NCBI GenBank assembly: GCA_016741915.1
Contig: JACVCS010000005.1
Location: 1,385 to 65,384, forward strand
Source: Phycisphaerales bacterium
GTDB lineage: Bacteria > Planctomycetota > Phycisphaerae > Phycisphaerales > UBA1924
Direction: 5' to 3'
DNA: 64,000 bases
Part shown: piece by piece, positions 18,611 through 26,563 of the stretch
Layout of the letters: every line of letters begins with the position of its first letter
Position numbering within the stretch: the stretch's first letter is position 1
Made by a program: the position numbers and the translations under genes
Notes under the pieces: generated by a model
Told to the model about the DNA's origin: nothing
Seen by the model: only the letters and a program-made list of their open reading frames with translations
Databases searched by the model: none

Positions 18611-19621
18611 TTACTCCCGGCCCTTGGCAGGCTGGGAAAAGACCCGATCGATCGCCCCCTCAAGCACCTCCGCCAAGATCCTTTGCCCCGGACCCGACGG
18701 GTGGGCGTCGTCCCGCAGAATCGGGGGGGTGTCGGCGTAATGCTTCTGAAAGACCGGCGCCGACTCGATCACCTCAACCCCGAGCGACTTCAGCCGTTCG
18801 ACGATCTTCGCGTGCCCGATCAAGGGCTTGCCCTCGACCTCCGTCCGGCGGAGGTGCATGACGACCACCAGCGGGATCTTTTCCTCGCGGAGGCGCGTGA
18901 CCAGAGCCGAGAGGGAATCGAGCGATCGATTGCCGCGTTCGGCGGGGGGGTTGGTGTCGTCCTCCGACGGGCCTGAAGGGCCGAAGACCTTTTCAATCGC
19001 GCGGGGCAGGTAGTTCTGCACCGCCTCCTGAAGGGCCAGGATCGGTCGCGACGTCGGCTGCTCGTGCGTAAGCGGACCGAACGTTGGTTCGTCGCCGTAG
19101 TCGATGGAGTTCAGCACCAGCACCGCGCCGTCGGCCTCGAAACTCCCGAACTTCTCCAGGTACCCCAGCACATTTCGCGGGCCCCACGAGCCCTGCGCGA
19201 TGTTCAAAAGCCGCGTGGGCCGCCCGAACTTCAGCGTCAGTTTCGGTTCGAGCAGCGTGGTGGCGAGTTCGCTGTTGGAGGTCGGCGAGCCGCCGTTGAC
19301 GATGCTGTCGCCCAGGATCAGCAAACGCAGCTCGCGCGGGTCGGTTTTCCTGGGCTCGACCTCCGCGGAGCGCATGCTGTAACGGTTATAGAAGATTTCG
19401 TGTCCGAACCGGTGGTACGTCCCGGGCTTGATGGCGTACTCGAACTTGTCGTCGGTGAAGTAGATCGGGGGATCACCCAAGCCCACGAATGCGCGCAAAA
19501 TCAGTTCCGCCGAGATGGTCAGGGTCAGACCGATCAGGGCCAGAATGACAAGAACCCGGCGCGTGCGCCGGGCTCTTGGCTTGGCTTGAACGTTCGAGGG
19601 TGCGTCCGATGCGGTTGGCAC
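18611..19621 (-). CDS. SGNH/GDSL-family hydrolase with N-terminal membrane anchor
   Basis: Block I is LLILGDSIVNGG. The TM anchor is VLVILALIGLTLTISAELIL. The longest ORF (start 19804) would overlap rpmE by 95 nt, so I chose in-frame GTG 19619-19621. The start remains uncertain. Confidence 0.6.
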   Translation of the reverse strand: MPTASDAPSNVQAKPRARRTRRVLVILALIGLTLTISAELILRAFVGLGDPPIYFTDDKFEYAIKPGTYHRFGHEIFYNRYSMRSAEVEPRKTDPRELRLLILGDSIVNGGSPTSNSELATTLLEPKLTLKFGRPTRLLNIAQGSWGPRNVLGYLEKFGSFEADGAVLVLNSIDYGDEPTFGPLTHEQPTSRPILALQEAVQNYLPRAIEKVFGPSGPSEDDTNPPAERGNRSLDSLSALVTRLREEKIPLVVVMHLRRTEVEGKPLIGHAKIVERLKSLGVEVIESAPVFQKHYADTPPILRDDAHPSGPGQRILAEVLEGAIDRVFSQPAKGRE

Positions 19622-19709
19622 GGGCAGATCACCTCGTCCGGCCTTCCGCCGCGAACCAAAGCGGTCCGCGGGCGAGGCACGGGATAATCGAAGCGGAGCC
19701 TTCGCCCGA

Positions 19710-19955
19710 TCAGGCGGAGGGGGCTTCCTTCTTCGTTTCCTTCTTGGCGAAGTAGTTGCCCTGGAACTTCTTCTGGAACTTCTCGACCCGACCCGCGGAG
19801 TCAACGAAGGCCTGCTTGCCCGTGAAAAACGGGTGCGAGCCCGACCAGACTTCCACGTGGATCTCGGGGACGGTGGCGCCGACGGTCATGACGACTTGGC
19901 CGTTGTGATAGACCTTGCAGTCGTTGTAGTACTTGGGATGGGTCTTGGTCTTCAT
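19710..19955 (-). CDS. rpmE: 50S ribosomal protein L31 (Cys-poor, non-zinc type)
   Basis: Trimmed to ATG 19953-19955. MKTKTHPKYYNDCKVYHNGQVVMTVGATVPEIHVEVWSGSHPFFTGKQAFVDSAGRVEKFQKKF. It has the HPFFTG core but lacks the CxxC pairs of zinc-binding L31. Confidence 0.9.
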   Translation of the reverse strand: MKTKTHPKYYNDCKVYHNGQVVMTVGATVPEIHVEVWSGSHPFFTGKQAFVDSAGRVEKFQKKFQGNYFAKKETKKEAPSA

Positions 19956-20067
19956 TGGATCGTCTCCGCAAAAATCTTGGGGGAGAGGATGATAGCGCGG
20001 ACCCGAACAGAGGCAATGCCCTCGTCGGGATCGCGCTCGAAGCATTTGGTTGGTCTATGGTTGGTGT

Positions 20068-20598
20068 ATGAGCACTGTTCGCATTGTGGAATCGCCGATC
20101 GGTCACATCCGCCTCGAAGCCACTTCGCACGGGCTGACCGGATTGCGCTTTGTCGACGGTGACGTGTCGGCCGCGGTTGGACACAGCGGCGACGACGCCG
20201 CCCGGTCGGTGCTCGATCAGGCCGAGCGTGAACTCCGCGCGTACTTCGCCGGGGAGTTGAAGCGGTTCACGGTTGCGGTTGCCCCCGAGGGCACGGAGTT
20301 CCAGCGACGCGTTTGGATACTGCTGCAAACCATCGGATTCGGCGAGACCCGCAGCTACATCGATCTTGCCCGCTCGCTCGACCTGCCCGGCGGCTCGCGG
20401 GCGGTGGGGGGTGCGAATGGCGCGAACCCAATCCCGATCATCATTCCCTGTCACCGCGTTGTGGCGGCCGACGGCACGCTCGGCGGCTTCAGCGCCGGGC
20501 TTGATCGCAAACGCTGGCTGCTGCGGCACGAGGGTGCTGGCGGTGAAGTGAGCTTGTTCGCGGCGGGCGCGGAAACCGCCTCGACCATCGTTCGCTGA
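20068..20598 (+). CDS. ogt: methylated-DNA--protein-cysteine methyltransferase
   Basis: Trimmed to the second ATG (MSTVRIVESPIGHIRL). Active site IPIIIPCHRVVAADG (PCHR motif), followed by GGFSAGLDRKRWLLRHEG. Confidence 0.9.
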   Translation: MSTVRIVESPIGHIRLEATSHGLTGLRFVDGDVSAAVGHSGDDAARSVLDQAERELRAYFAGELKRFTVAVAPEGTEFQRRVWILLQTIGFGETRSYIDLARSLDLPGGSRAVGGANGANPIPIIIPCHRVVAADGTLGGFSAGLDRKRWLLRHEGAGGEVSLFAAGAETASTIVR

Positions 20599-20690
20599 TT
20601 CGCGGCGTTGCGCAGAAAAAAAGCCGCCGCCGACAAGTTCGTCGACGGCGGCTCCTGAAGTCGCTCTGCGATATCGATTGAGTTCGTACA

Positions 20691-22682
20691 TCAAGGCGTG
20701 TTCAACGCGCGTTCGAGACGTTCGAGCCGGGCTTTCAGTTCGGCGTTCTGTGCGTCACGCTTCTTGAGTTCTTCCTCAAAGCGAACGCGATCGGCTTCAC
20801 GCTGGAGTTGCTGCTGCTTGATCGCCTGGATCGCCACCGCGGTCAGGCGTGAGTAATCCATGCCCGTGACCTTGCCCTCGGCGTCGAAGAAGACCACTTC
20901 GGGGAAGACCTTGGCGACGTCTTCAGCAACGAAGCCGATGTCGTGCTCGCGACCGGGGCGGTCCTTGGCGAAGTCGGGGTTCCAATCGAAGGAAACACCT
21001 TCGAGCTTCAAGAGCTTGTCGAGCGCGTCGGTCATCGGCGCGACGTTGTGCTTGAAGCGGCCCGACGAAGGGACGGCGACGTTGTTCGCCACCACGTTGC
21101 CCGCGACGGTGAGACGCTGGCTGGGCGAGGTGGTGCCGATGCCGACATTGCCGTTGGCGTCGATGAGCATCCGCGAAGCATTCGCGGTACGGTCCACGAT
21201 CTGAAAACTCGCGTTCAGGGGGTTGCCCGGCCCGTTGTTGGTGGACGAAGATTGGATTGACCACGTGCGTGCCGGCACGTTGCCGCCAATCTCGGGGCCG
21301 CCGGTCATGGCGATCTGGGTGTCGGAGTTGCTCCGAACATCCAGGTTGAAGCCCGGCAGGTTTGTGCCCATCCCGACGAAGCCGCTCGGGGTCACGATGA
21401 ATCGCGACGCGTTCGACGTTGCGTCGAAGAGCTCGAAAGCACCGGAAGAGTAGTTGTTGAAGCCGTTGGAACGGAGCAGCCAGTTCCGTCCCTGGGAGGA
21501 GGAGTTCTCGAGCGAAACGACCGTTCCAAAGTTGCTCGGGCTGCCAAATCGGATCTGGTTCTCGTTCTCGGTGAGTTGCACGTGGAGCTTGGCGGTGGGG
21601 GAGGTGGTGCCGATCCCGACGTTCCCCGCGGTATAACTGATGGAGGAGTTTGAGCCGCCGACCCAGGGGCTGAAGGCGCCGGTGATGTTCGCGGGGACGC
21701 CCAGAACGCCGGTCCACGGGACGCTGCCTGCGGAGGTGGCGTTGTTGGCCGAGAGGGCGGTGAATGCGGTCACCGCGGACTGGGCCAGGCGTGCCTGCGG
21801 GACGGCGTTGATGGCTTGACGGGGTGAAAGCGTGACGAAACCGGAGCCGGGGGGAGACTCGACCTCGATGTTCAGCCACAGGGCCTGATCGGATTGGATC
21901 GCAGAGCCGAAGTCGAGCGTGGTGGTGATCACACCGTCGGTGATGTTGGTGAAGTTGCGGGTGATCGGCGGGGCGAGATCGGACGCGGAGGCGGCGAATG
22001 TCGGGTAGCCGCAGAGCGTGAAGCGAACGTTCGCGGGCCCAGTCACCGGCACACCGGCGCTCACGAGCTTGCCTTGATAGGTGAAGGCGTTTGAGACTTG
22101 CTGCGCGGGGGGCTGGTTGAAGGTGATTGACCAGCGAGAGATGCTGCCGGGTGCGGAGTTGTTCCCGTCGTCAGAAATGTAGAGCTTCCAACTGCCGTTC
22201 GGGTCTTTCCCGATGAGCGGGGTGAGCGATGTTTCGTACGGCGCGGGCGGCGCGGGGGAGGGAAGGCTGGCGGCCGCGTTGGAGGAGCAGGCGTAAACGC
22301 CCGAGACGACGTTTGTGCTGAAGGTCGGGAGCGTGGCGGTCCCATCGGGGATAAAGGTCAGGACGTTTGCGAAGGCAACGCCGGTTCCGTTGGTGTTGGC
22401 GATGAGGCTGATCTTTTCTCCGGTTGGCGAGACGAGCAGCACGTTGACATCGCCGAAGAATCCGTGGGTCACGCCTTCGAGTTTAACGCTGATGTACTCG
22501 ATACTCGATGGCGCGCCGGTTACGTTGATCGTGTTGGGGTATGGGAAGCCGCTGCCGAAGACGGGGATCGAAACCCCGCCGGTGCTGGTGTAGGTTTGGG
22601 CGAGCGTTGAAGCCGTGAACAGGCCCACACCCGCGGCGACCGCGAGCGAAGAGAGGAAACGAACAGAACGGGTGATACTCAT
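20691..22682 (-). CDS. secreted fibre-like protein A: P-domain-like N-terminus, FTYQG module, beta-rich middle, S74-like autoprocessing C-terminus, coiled coil
   Basis: 663 aa. Signal peptide LAVAAGVGLFTASTLAQ. P-domain-like region (VLLVSPTGEKISL...NGSWKLYISDDGNNSAPGSISRWSITF). FTYQGKL...ALWLNIEVESPPGSGFVTLSPRQ. GNVGIGTTSP repeats. The C-terminus SSGRFKHNVAP...LEGVSFDW...IGFVAEDVAKVFPEVV...DYSRLTAVAIQAIKQQQ matches the peptidase S74 / intramolecular chaperone pattern. Confidence 0.8.
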   Translation of the reverse strand: MSITRSVRFLSSLAVAAGVGLFTASTLAQTYTSTGGVSIPVFGSGFPYPNTINVTGAPSSIEYISVKLEGVTHGFFGDVNVLLVSPTGEKISLIANTNGTGVAFANVLTFIPDGTATLPTFSTNVVSGVYACSSNAAASLPSPAPPAPYETSLTPLIGKDPNGSWKLYISDDGNNSAPGSISRWSITFNQPPAQQVSNAFTYQGKLVSAGVPVTGPANVRFTLCGYPTFAASASDLAPPITRNFTNITDGVITTTLDFGSAIQSDQALWLNIEVESPPGSGFVTLSPRQAINAVPQARLAQSAVTAFTALSANNATSAGSVPWTGVLGVPANITGAFSPWVGGSNSSISYTAGNVGIGTTSPTAKLHVQLTENENQIRFGSPSNFGTVVSLENSSSQGRNWLLRSNGFNNYSSGAFELFDATSNASRFIVTPSGFVGMGTNLPGFNLDVRSNSDTQIAMTGGPEIGGNVPARTWSIQSSSTNNGPGNPLNASFQIVDRTANASRMLIDANGNVGIGTTSPSQRLTVAGNVVANNVAVPSSGRFKHNVAPMTDALDKLLKLEGVSFDWNPDFAKDRPGREHDIGFVAEDVAKVFPEVVFFDAEGKVTGMDYSRLTAVAIQAIKQQQLQREADRVRFEEELKKRDAQNAELKARLERLERALNTP
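20811..21168. repeat. near-identical ~358-bp tract shared with 26681..27038 (3' ends of fibre genes A and D)
   Basis: Hand alignment at an offset of 5870 nt shows about 7 mismatches. Similarity drops sharply on both sides. Confidence 0.85.
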
Positions 22683-22769
22683 GACAGATTCCTCAGCATT
22701 GTGAGTGACGTTGGGTCAACGGATCGGCTCGGGTGATCGTCGGCGTGTCGGCCGAACGGGTTGATCTGC

Positions 22770-24590
22770 TTATCTGCTTTCGCTGGTGATTTTCTGCAGG
22801 GCCGCCTCGAGCGCTTCAAGGCGGGCCTTGAGCTGTGCATTATCGGCATCTCGTTTGGTGAGTTCGGCCTTGAGCATTTCGAGCTGACGGTCCTTCTCTT
22901 GACGCAGGTCACGCAGGGCTTCGACCATCAGGGCGGTGGTGGCACGTTCGGTGACGAAGCGGGTGCCGGTGGCGTCGGTGCTGACCCAATCTGGGAAGAC
23001 GCGAGCGACTTCGTCGGCCATGAGGCCGAACTGTGTGCCGGGCAGGGCTTGCCCGCTGGCGACGCGATCGTCGTTGTAGAGGAAGGAGTAGCCGCGGAGG
23101 CTCATGAGTTTGTCGAGAGTTCCCGTGAGCGGTGCGATGTCGTGCTTGGCGCGGGGATCAGAGAGGACACCCCATGACCCGCCACCGGGCTTCAGGGCCT
23201 GGCCGTCGGACTGGAAGCGGAAGCGTTCGAAGAGGCCGCCGCCGGTGGAGGTGGTGCAGATTCGGAAGGAGTCTGTGCCGGTGGTACTGTTGTTATCGCC
23301 GATGATCAGACGCAGCTCGGTCGAGTCGGCGGCGACGTTCACCCTCTGAAAGTACATGGCGTCGGTGTTCTCCGCGTTGCTGCCCTGGTCCGCGATGGGG
23401 CCGAAGTTCAGGCGCCCGCTGTTCGCTGAGGTGTTGATCTGGACATTGCCGGTCACGGTGAGTCGCTCGGGCGGGGCCGCACCGGAGGTGTCCCCGATGT
23501 TGACGTTGCCGTTCGCGTTGAGCAGGAGGTTCCAGGCGGAGTTGTAGAAGCCGATGTTGTCGTTGTCGCGCATGCCAACGAATGCTCGGTCGGTTGGGTT
23601 GGTGACGGGAGAAGCGAACCAGATGCCGGGCGAGCCGCCGCTGGTTCCGGACTCTCCGCGAACGCGGATGCGTCCGGGTGCGAGTTGCAACGCGGTGTTG
23701 GCGGTGTTGGCGAAAGCGGCGACACCGGCGGCGGCGTCGACGGACGAGGCCGGAGTGACATAGGTACGGAACCAGTAGTTGAAACCGCTCCCAGCGCGGG
23801 AACCGGCCGCACCGGGGATCGAGTTTGCTGCTTCTTGGATGACGATGTTGCCTGAGAAATCGAAGGTGTAAGGTGTGCCGGCCTGGACGAGGATGTTCGG
23901 AACGACGAGATCGCGTTGAAGTGGGGAAAAGTTGTTGCCGGGCAACAGGGCGGTGAAGGTGCTGATGAGGGGGCCGTTGGTTCCAACACCGATGTACACG
24001 CGCACGGTGAGCGTCTGCGGTGTCTGGCTGAGGGCGGAGCAGACGCGGAGTTGCAGTCGGGTGAGCTTGCCTGAGACGGACGGTGTCCAAGATTGCCACG
24101 CGGGTGAGATGGCACCCACGTTGAAAACGATCTGACCTGCAACGTCCTGCGCTTGATCGAGCGATTCGGGCCCTCCTCGCGTTATGGCGATTCCGGCGAG
24201 CCCTTGCGCGAGCGGCGCGGGTGTGAGGGCCTGGCGGGGTGAGAGGGTTGTGAAGGACCCCGCGCCGGCGGGTGTGCGGACACTGATTTCAACCCAACGA
24301 GGCTGACCATCATCAAAGGCGGCGCCGAAATCCAGAGGAACGGTGAAGAGGCCGTTGGTGACGGTGACGTTGGTGAGGTTGACGGCAGGGGCGATGGGCG
24401 ATCCACCGGTGAGCGTGGAGAAGAGCTCGGCGCGCAGGTCGATAACACCGGTGATCGGCGCGCTCGACGAAGAGAGAGAACCCTGGTAGGTGAAGGCGGT
24501 AGTGGATTGAGCGGCCGCAAACGGAACAAAGAGCAGCGCGGCGCAGAGACTGATGACAAGACCGCGAAGCGTACTGAAAGACATCGACAT
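22770..24590 (-). CDS. secreted fibre-like protein B: no P-domain, FTYQG module, type-2 middle, S74-like C-terminus (type 2)
   Basis: Trimmed to ATG 24588-24590 (MSMSFSTLRGLVISLCAALLFVPFAAAQ). The mature N-terminus goes directly into TAFTYQGSL...RWVEISVRTPAGAGSFTTLSPRQ. C-terminus SDPRAKHDIAPLTGTLDKLMSLRGYSFLYN...FGLMADEVARVFPDWV, followed by a coiled coil. Confidence 0.75.
   Translation of the reverse strand: MSMSFSTLRGLVISLCAALLFVPFAAAQSTTAFTYQGSLSSSSAPITGVIDLRAELFSTLTGGSPIAPAVNLTNVTVTNGLFTVPLDFGAAFDDGQPRWVEISVRTPAGAGSFTTLSPRQALTPAPLAQGLAGIAITRGGPESLDQAQDVAGQIVFNVGAISPAWQSWTPSVSGKLTRLQLRVCSALSQTPQTLTVRVYIGVGTNGPLISTFTALLPGNNFSPLQRDLVVPNILVQAGTPYTFDFSGNIVIQEAANSIPGAAGSRAGSGFNYWFRTYVTPASSVDAAAGVAAFANTANTALQLAPGRIRVRGESGTSGGSPGIWFASPVTNPTDRAFVGMRDNDNIGFYNSAWNLLLNANGNVNIGDTSGAAPPERLTVTGNVQINTSANSGRLNFGPIADQGSNAENTDAMYFQRVNVAADSTELRLIIGDNNSTTGTDSFRICTTSTGGGLFERFRFQSDGQALKPGGGSWGVLSDPRAKHDIAPLTGTLDKLMSLRGYSFLYNDDRVASGQALPGTQFGLMADEVARVFPDWVSTDATGTRFVTERATTALMVEALRDLRQEKDRQLEMLKAELTKRDADNAQLKARLEALEAALQKITSESR
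22905..23228. repeat. near-identical ~324-bp tract shared with 24763..25086 (3' ends of fibre genes B and C)
   Basis: Hand alignment at an offset of 1858 nt shows about a dozen mismatches. The tract encodes the type-2 S74-like domain. Confidence 0.85.
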
Positions 24591-24627
24591 ATCTGTGATC
24601 TCCGAGAGCAATCGTTCGTTTGAGTGT

Positions 24628-26496
24628 TTACTTGGGTTGATCAGCGCGTTCACGAGCGAGTTGGTTGATGAGCGACTTGAGCTGAGCCACTTCGGCTTTC
24701 AAGGCCTCGACTTCACGACGATCGGCGCTGGCCTGGGCCGCGACTTCGTCCTTTTCTCTCCGCAGATCACGCAGGGCCTCGACCATCAGGGCGGTGGTGG
24801 CGCGCTCGGTGACGAAGCGGGTGCCGGTGGCGTCGGTGGAGACCCAATCTGGGAAGACGCGGGCGACTTCGTCGGCCATGAGGCCGAACTGCGTGCCGGG
24901 CAGGGCTTGCCCGCTGGCGACGCGATCGTCGTTGTAGAGGAAGGAGTAGCCGCGGAGGCTCATGAGTTTGTCGAGAGTTCCCGTGAGCGGTGCGATGTCG
25001 TGCTTGGCGCGGGGATCGGAGAGGGCGGCCCATGATCCGCCGCCGGGCTTCAGGGCCTGGCCGTCGGACTGGAAGCGGAAGCGTTCGGTGAGGATGCCGC
25101 TGACGGAAGTGGTGCAGATGCGGAGCGAGTCGAGGTCGTTCGGGCCGCTGTTATCACCGATGACCAGGCGCAGCTCGGTCAAGTCGGTGCCGGCGTTGAT
25201 GCGGGAGAAGTAGACGGCGTCGGTGTTCTCGGCGCCGCTGCCTTCATCGCCGACGGTGCCGAAGGCGAGCTTGCTCGGCACGGAGGTGGTGCTGGTATTG
25301 AGCTGGGCATTGCCCGTGATGGTGAGACGCTCTGGGGGCGCAACACCCGAACCGTCACCGATGGCGATGTTGCCGTTGGCGTTTGCACGCAGGCGCCAGT
25401 CGCCGTTGATGAAGAAGCCGACGTTGTTATCGTCGCGCATTCCGACGAAGGCACGATCGGTCGGGTTGAACGCGGGCGACGCGAACCAGATTCCGGGCGA
25501 GTTGCTGGTCGTGCCGGTATCACCGCGGATGCGTTGACGGCCGGCGGCGAGCTGTGTGGCAGTGCTCGCGGTGAGGGCCAGGGTGGCGATCTGGGCGGTG
25601 CGTGCTTGCGGCACCGGGGTGATCGGCTGACGTGGACTGAGTGTGACGAAGCCCGAGCCGGGGGGCGACTCAACCTCGATGTTGAGCCAGAGTGCCTGGT
25701 CGGTATCGATGGCGGAGGCGAAGTCGAGGGTGGTGGTCACTCTGCCGGAAGAAATCGCGGTGAAAGATCTGGTGATCGCTGGAGCGATGTCGGAGATGTT
25801 TAACGGACGGCTCGGGTCGTTGCAGAGTGTGAAGCGAACGTTGGCATTGCCGTTGATCGGAACTCCAGATGCGGTGAGCACACCCTGATAGGTGAATGCG
25901 GTGGTGACGGTCTGTGGCGGGGCTTGGTCGAAGCTGATCGCCCAACCGCCGTCGAAGGTCCCGTCGTCTCCACTAGGGAAGTCGTCCAACACGTACAGAC
26001 TCCAAGTTCCGTTGGCGTTGGTGCCCAGGAGGGGGGAAAGCGAAGTCAGGTAAGGACCGGCCGGGGCTGGCGCGGGCAGGCTACTCGGCACGGAGTAGAC
26101 GGAACAGGCATAGACCCCGGAGACGACCGGGGCGGTGAATCCTGGAAGCGTCTGTGTGGCGTCGGATGCAAAGATCAAGTTTGCGTTCGAGGCATCGCCG
26201 GAGCCGTTGGTGTTTGCCATGAGCAGAATCTTCTGACCGGCGGGCGAAACCAGCAGCACGTTGACGTCGTTCGCCCACGTGTGGCTGAAGTTTTTCAGTT
26301 GCACCGTGACGTAACTGATCGAGGCGGGCCCGCCGGTGACGTTGATGGTGCTCGGGTAGATCAAGCCAACACCGTTGCTGGATGATGAAGGGAAAGCGAT
26401 GGGTGCTGGATTGCTAAACGTTTGCGCGCAAACCGAAAGCGGTGTGAGCAAAGCCGCGGTAAGCGTGCAGGCGAGAAAGTGGAAACGGGTATTCAT
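24628..26496 (-). CDS. secreted fibre-like protein C: P-domain-like N-terminus, type-2 middle, S74-like C-terminus (type 2)
   Basis: Trimmed to ATG 26494-26496 (MNTRFHFLACTLTAALLTPLSVCAQ). P-domain-like VLLVSPAGQKILL...NGTWSLYVLDDFPSGDDGTFDGGWAISF. ALWLNIEVESPPGSGFVTLSPRQ. The C-terminal ~110 aa are nearly identical to protein B. Confidence 0.8.
   Translation of the reverse strand: MNTRFHFLACTLTAALLTPLSVCAQTFSNPAPIAFPSSSSNGVGLIYPSTINVTGGPASISYVTVQLKNFSHTWANDVNVLLVSPAGQKILLMANTNGSGDASNANLIFASDATQTLPGFTAPVVSGVYACSVYSVPSSLPAPAPAGPYLTSLSPLLGTNANGTWSLYVLDDFPSGDDGTFDGGWAISFDQAPPQTVTTAFTYQGVLTASGVPINGNANVRFTLCNDPSRPLNISDIAPAITRSFTAISSGRVTTTLDFASAIDTDQALWLNIEVESPPGSGFVTLSPRQPITPVPQARTAQIATLALTASTATQLAAGRQRIRGDTGTTSNSPGIWFASPAFNPTDRAFVGMRDDNNVGFFINGDWRLRANANGNIAIGDGSGVAPPERLTITGNAQLNTSTTSVPSKLAFGTVGDEGSGAENTDAVYFSRINAGTDLTELRLVIGDNSGPNDLDSLRICTTSVSGILTERFRFQSDGQALKPGGGSWAALSDPRAKHDIAPLTGTLDKLMSLRGYSFLYNDDRVASGQALPGTQFGLMADEVARVFPDWVSTDATGTRFVTERATTALMVEALRDLRREKDEVAAQASADRREVEALKAEVAQLKSLINQLARERADQPK
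24763..25086. repeat. partner copy of 22905..23228
   Basis: See 22905..23228. Confidence 0.85.
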
Positions 26497-26563
26497 GTTC
26501 GAACTCCTGTGAGGGGATGGCAATCCGGTGGGTGGGGAAATGATGTCGATGCGCGTACACGCG

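Noticed and set aside
18611-19804. Full-length 397-aa version of the SGNH hydrolase ORF
   Set aside because: It would overlap the L31 gene by 95 nt on the same strand, and its first 60 residues are Arg/Ser/Pro-rich. I preferred the in-frame GTG at 19621 before the TM anchor. The true start remains unverified.
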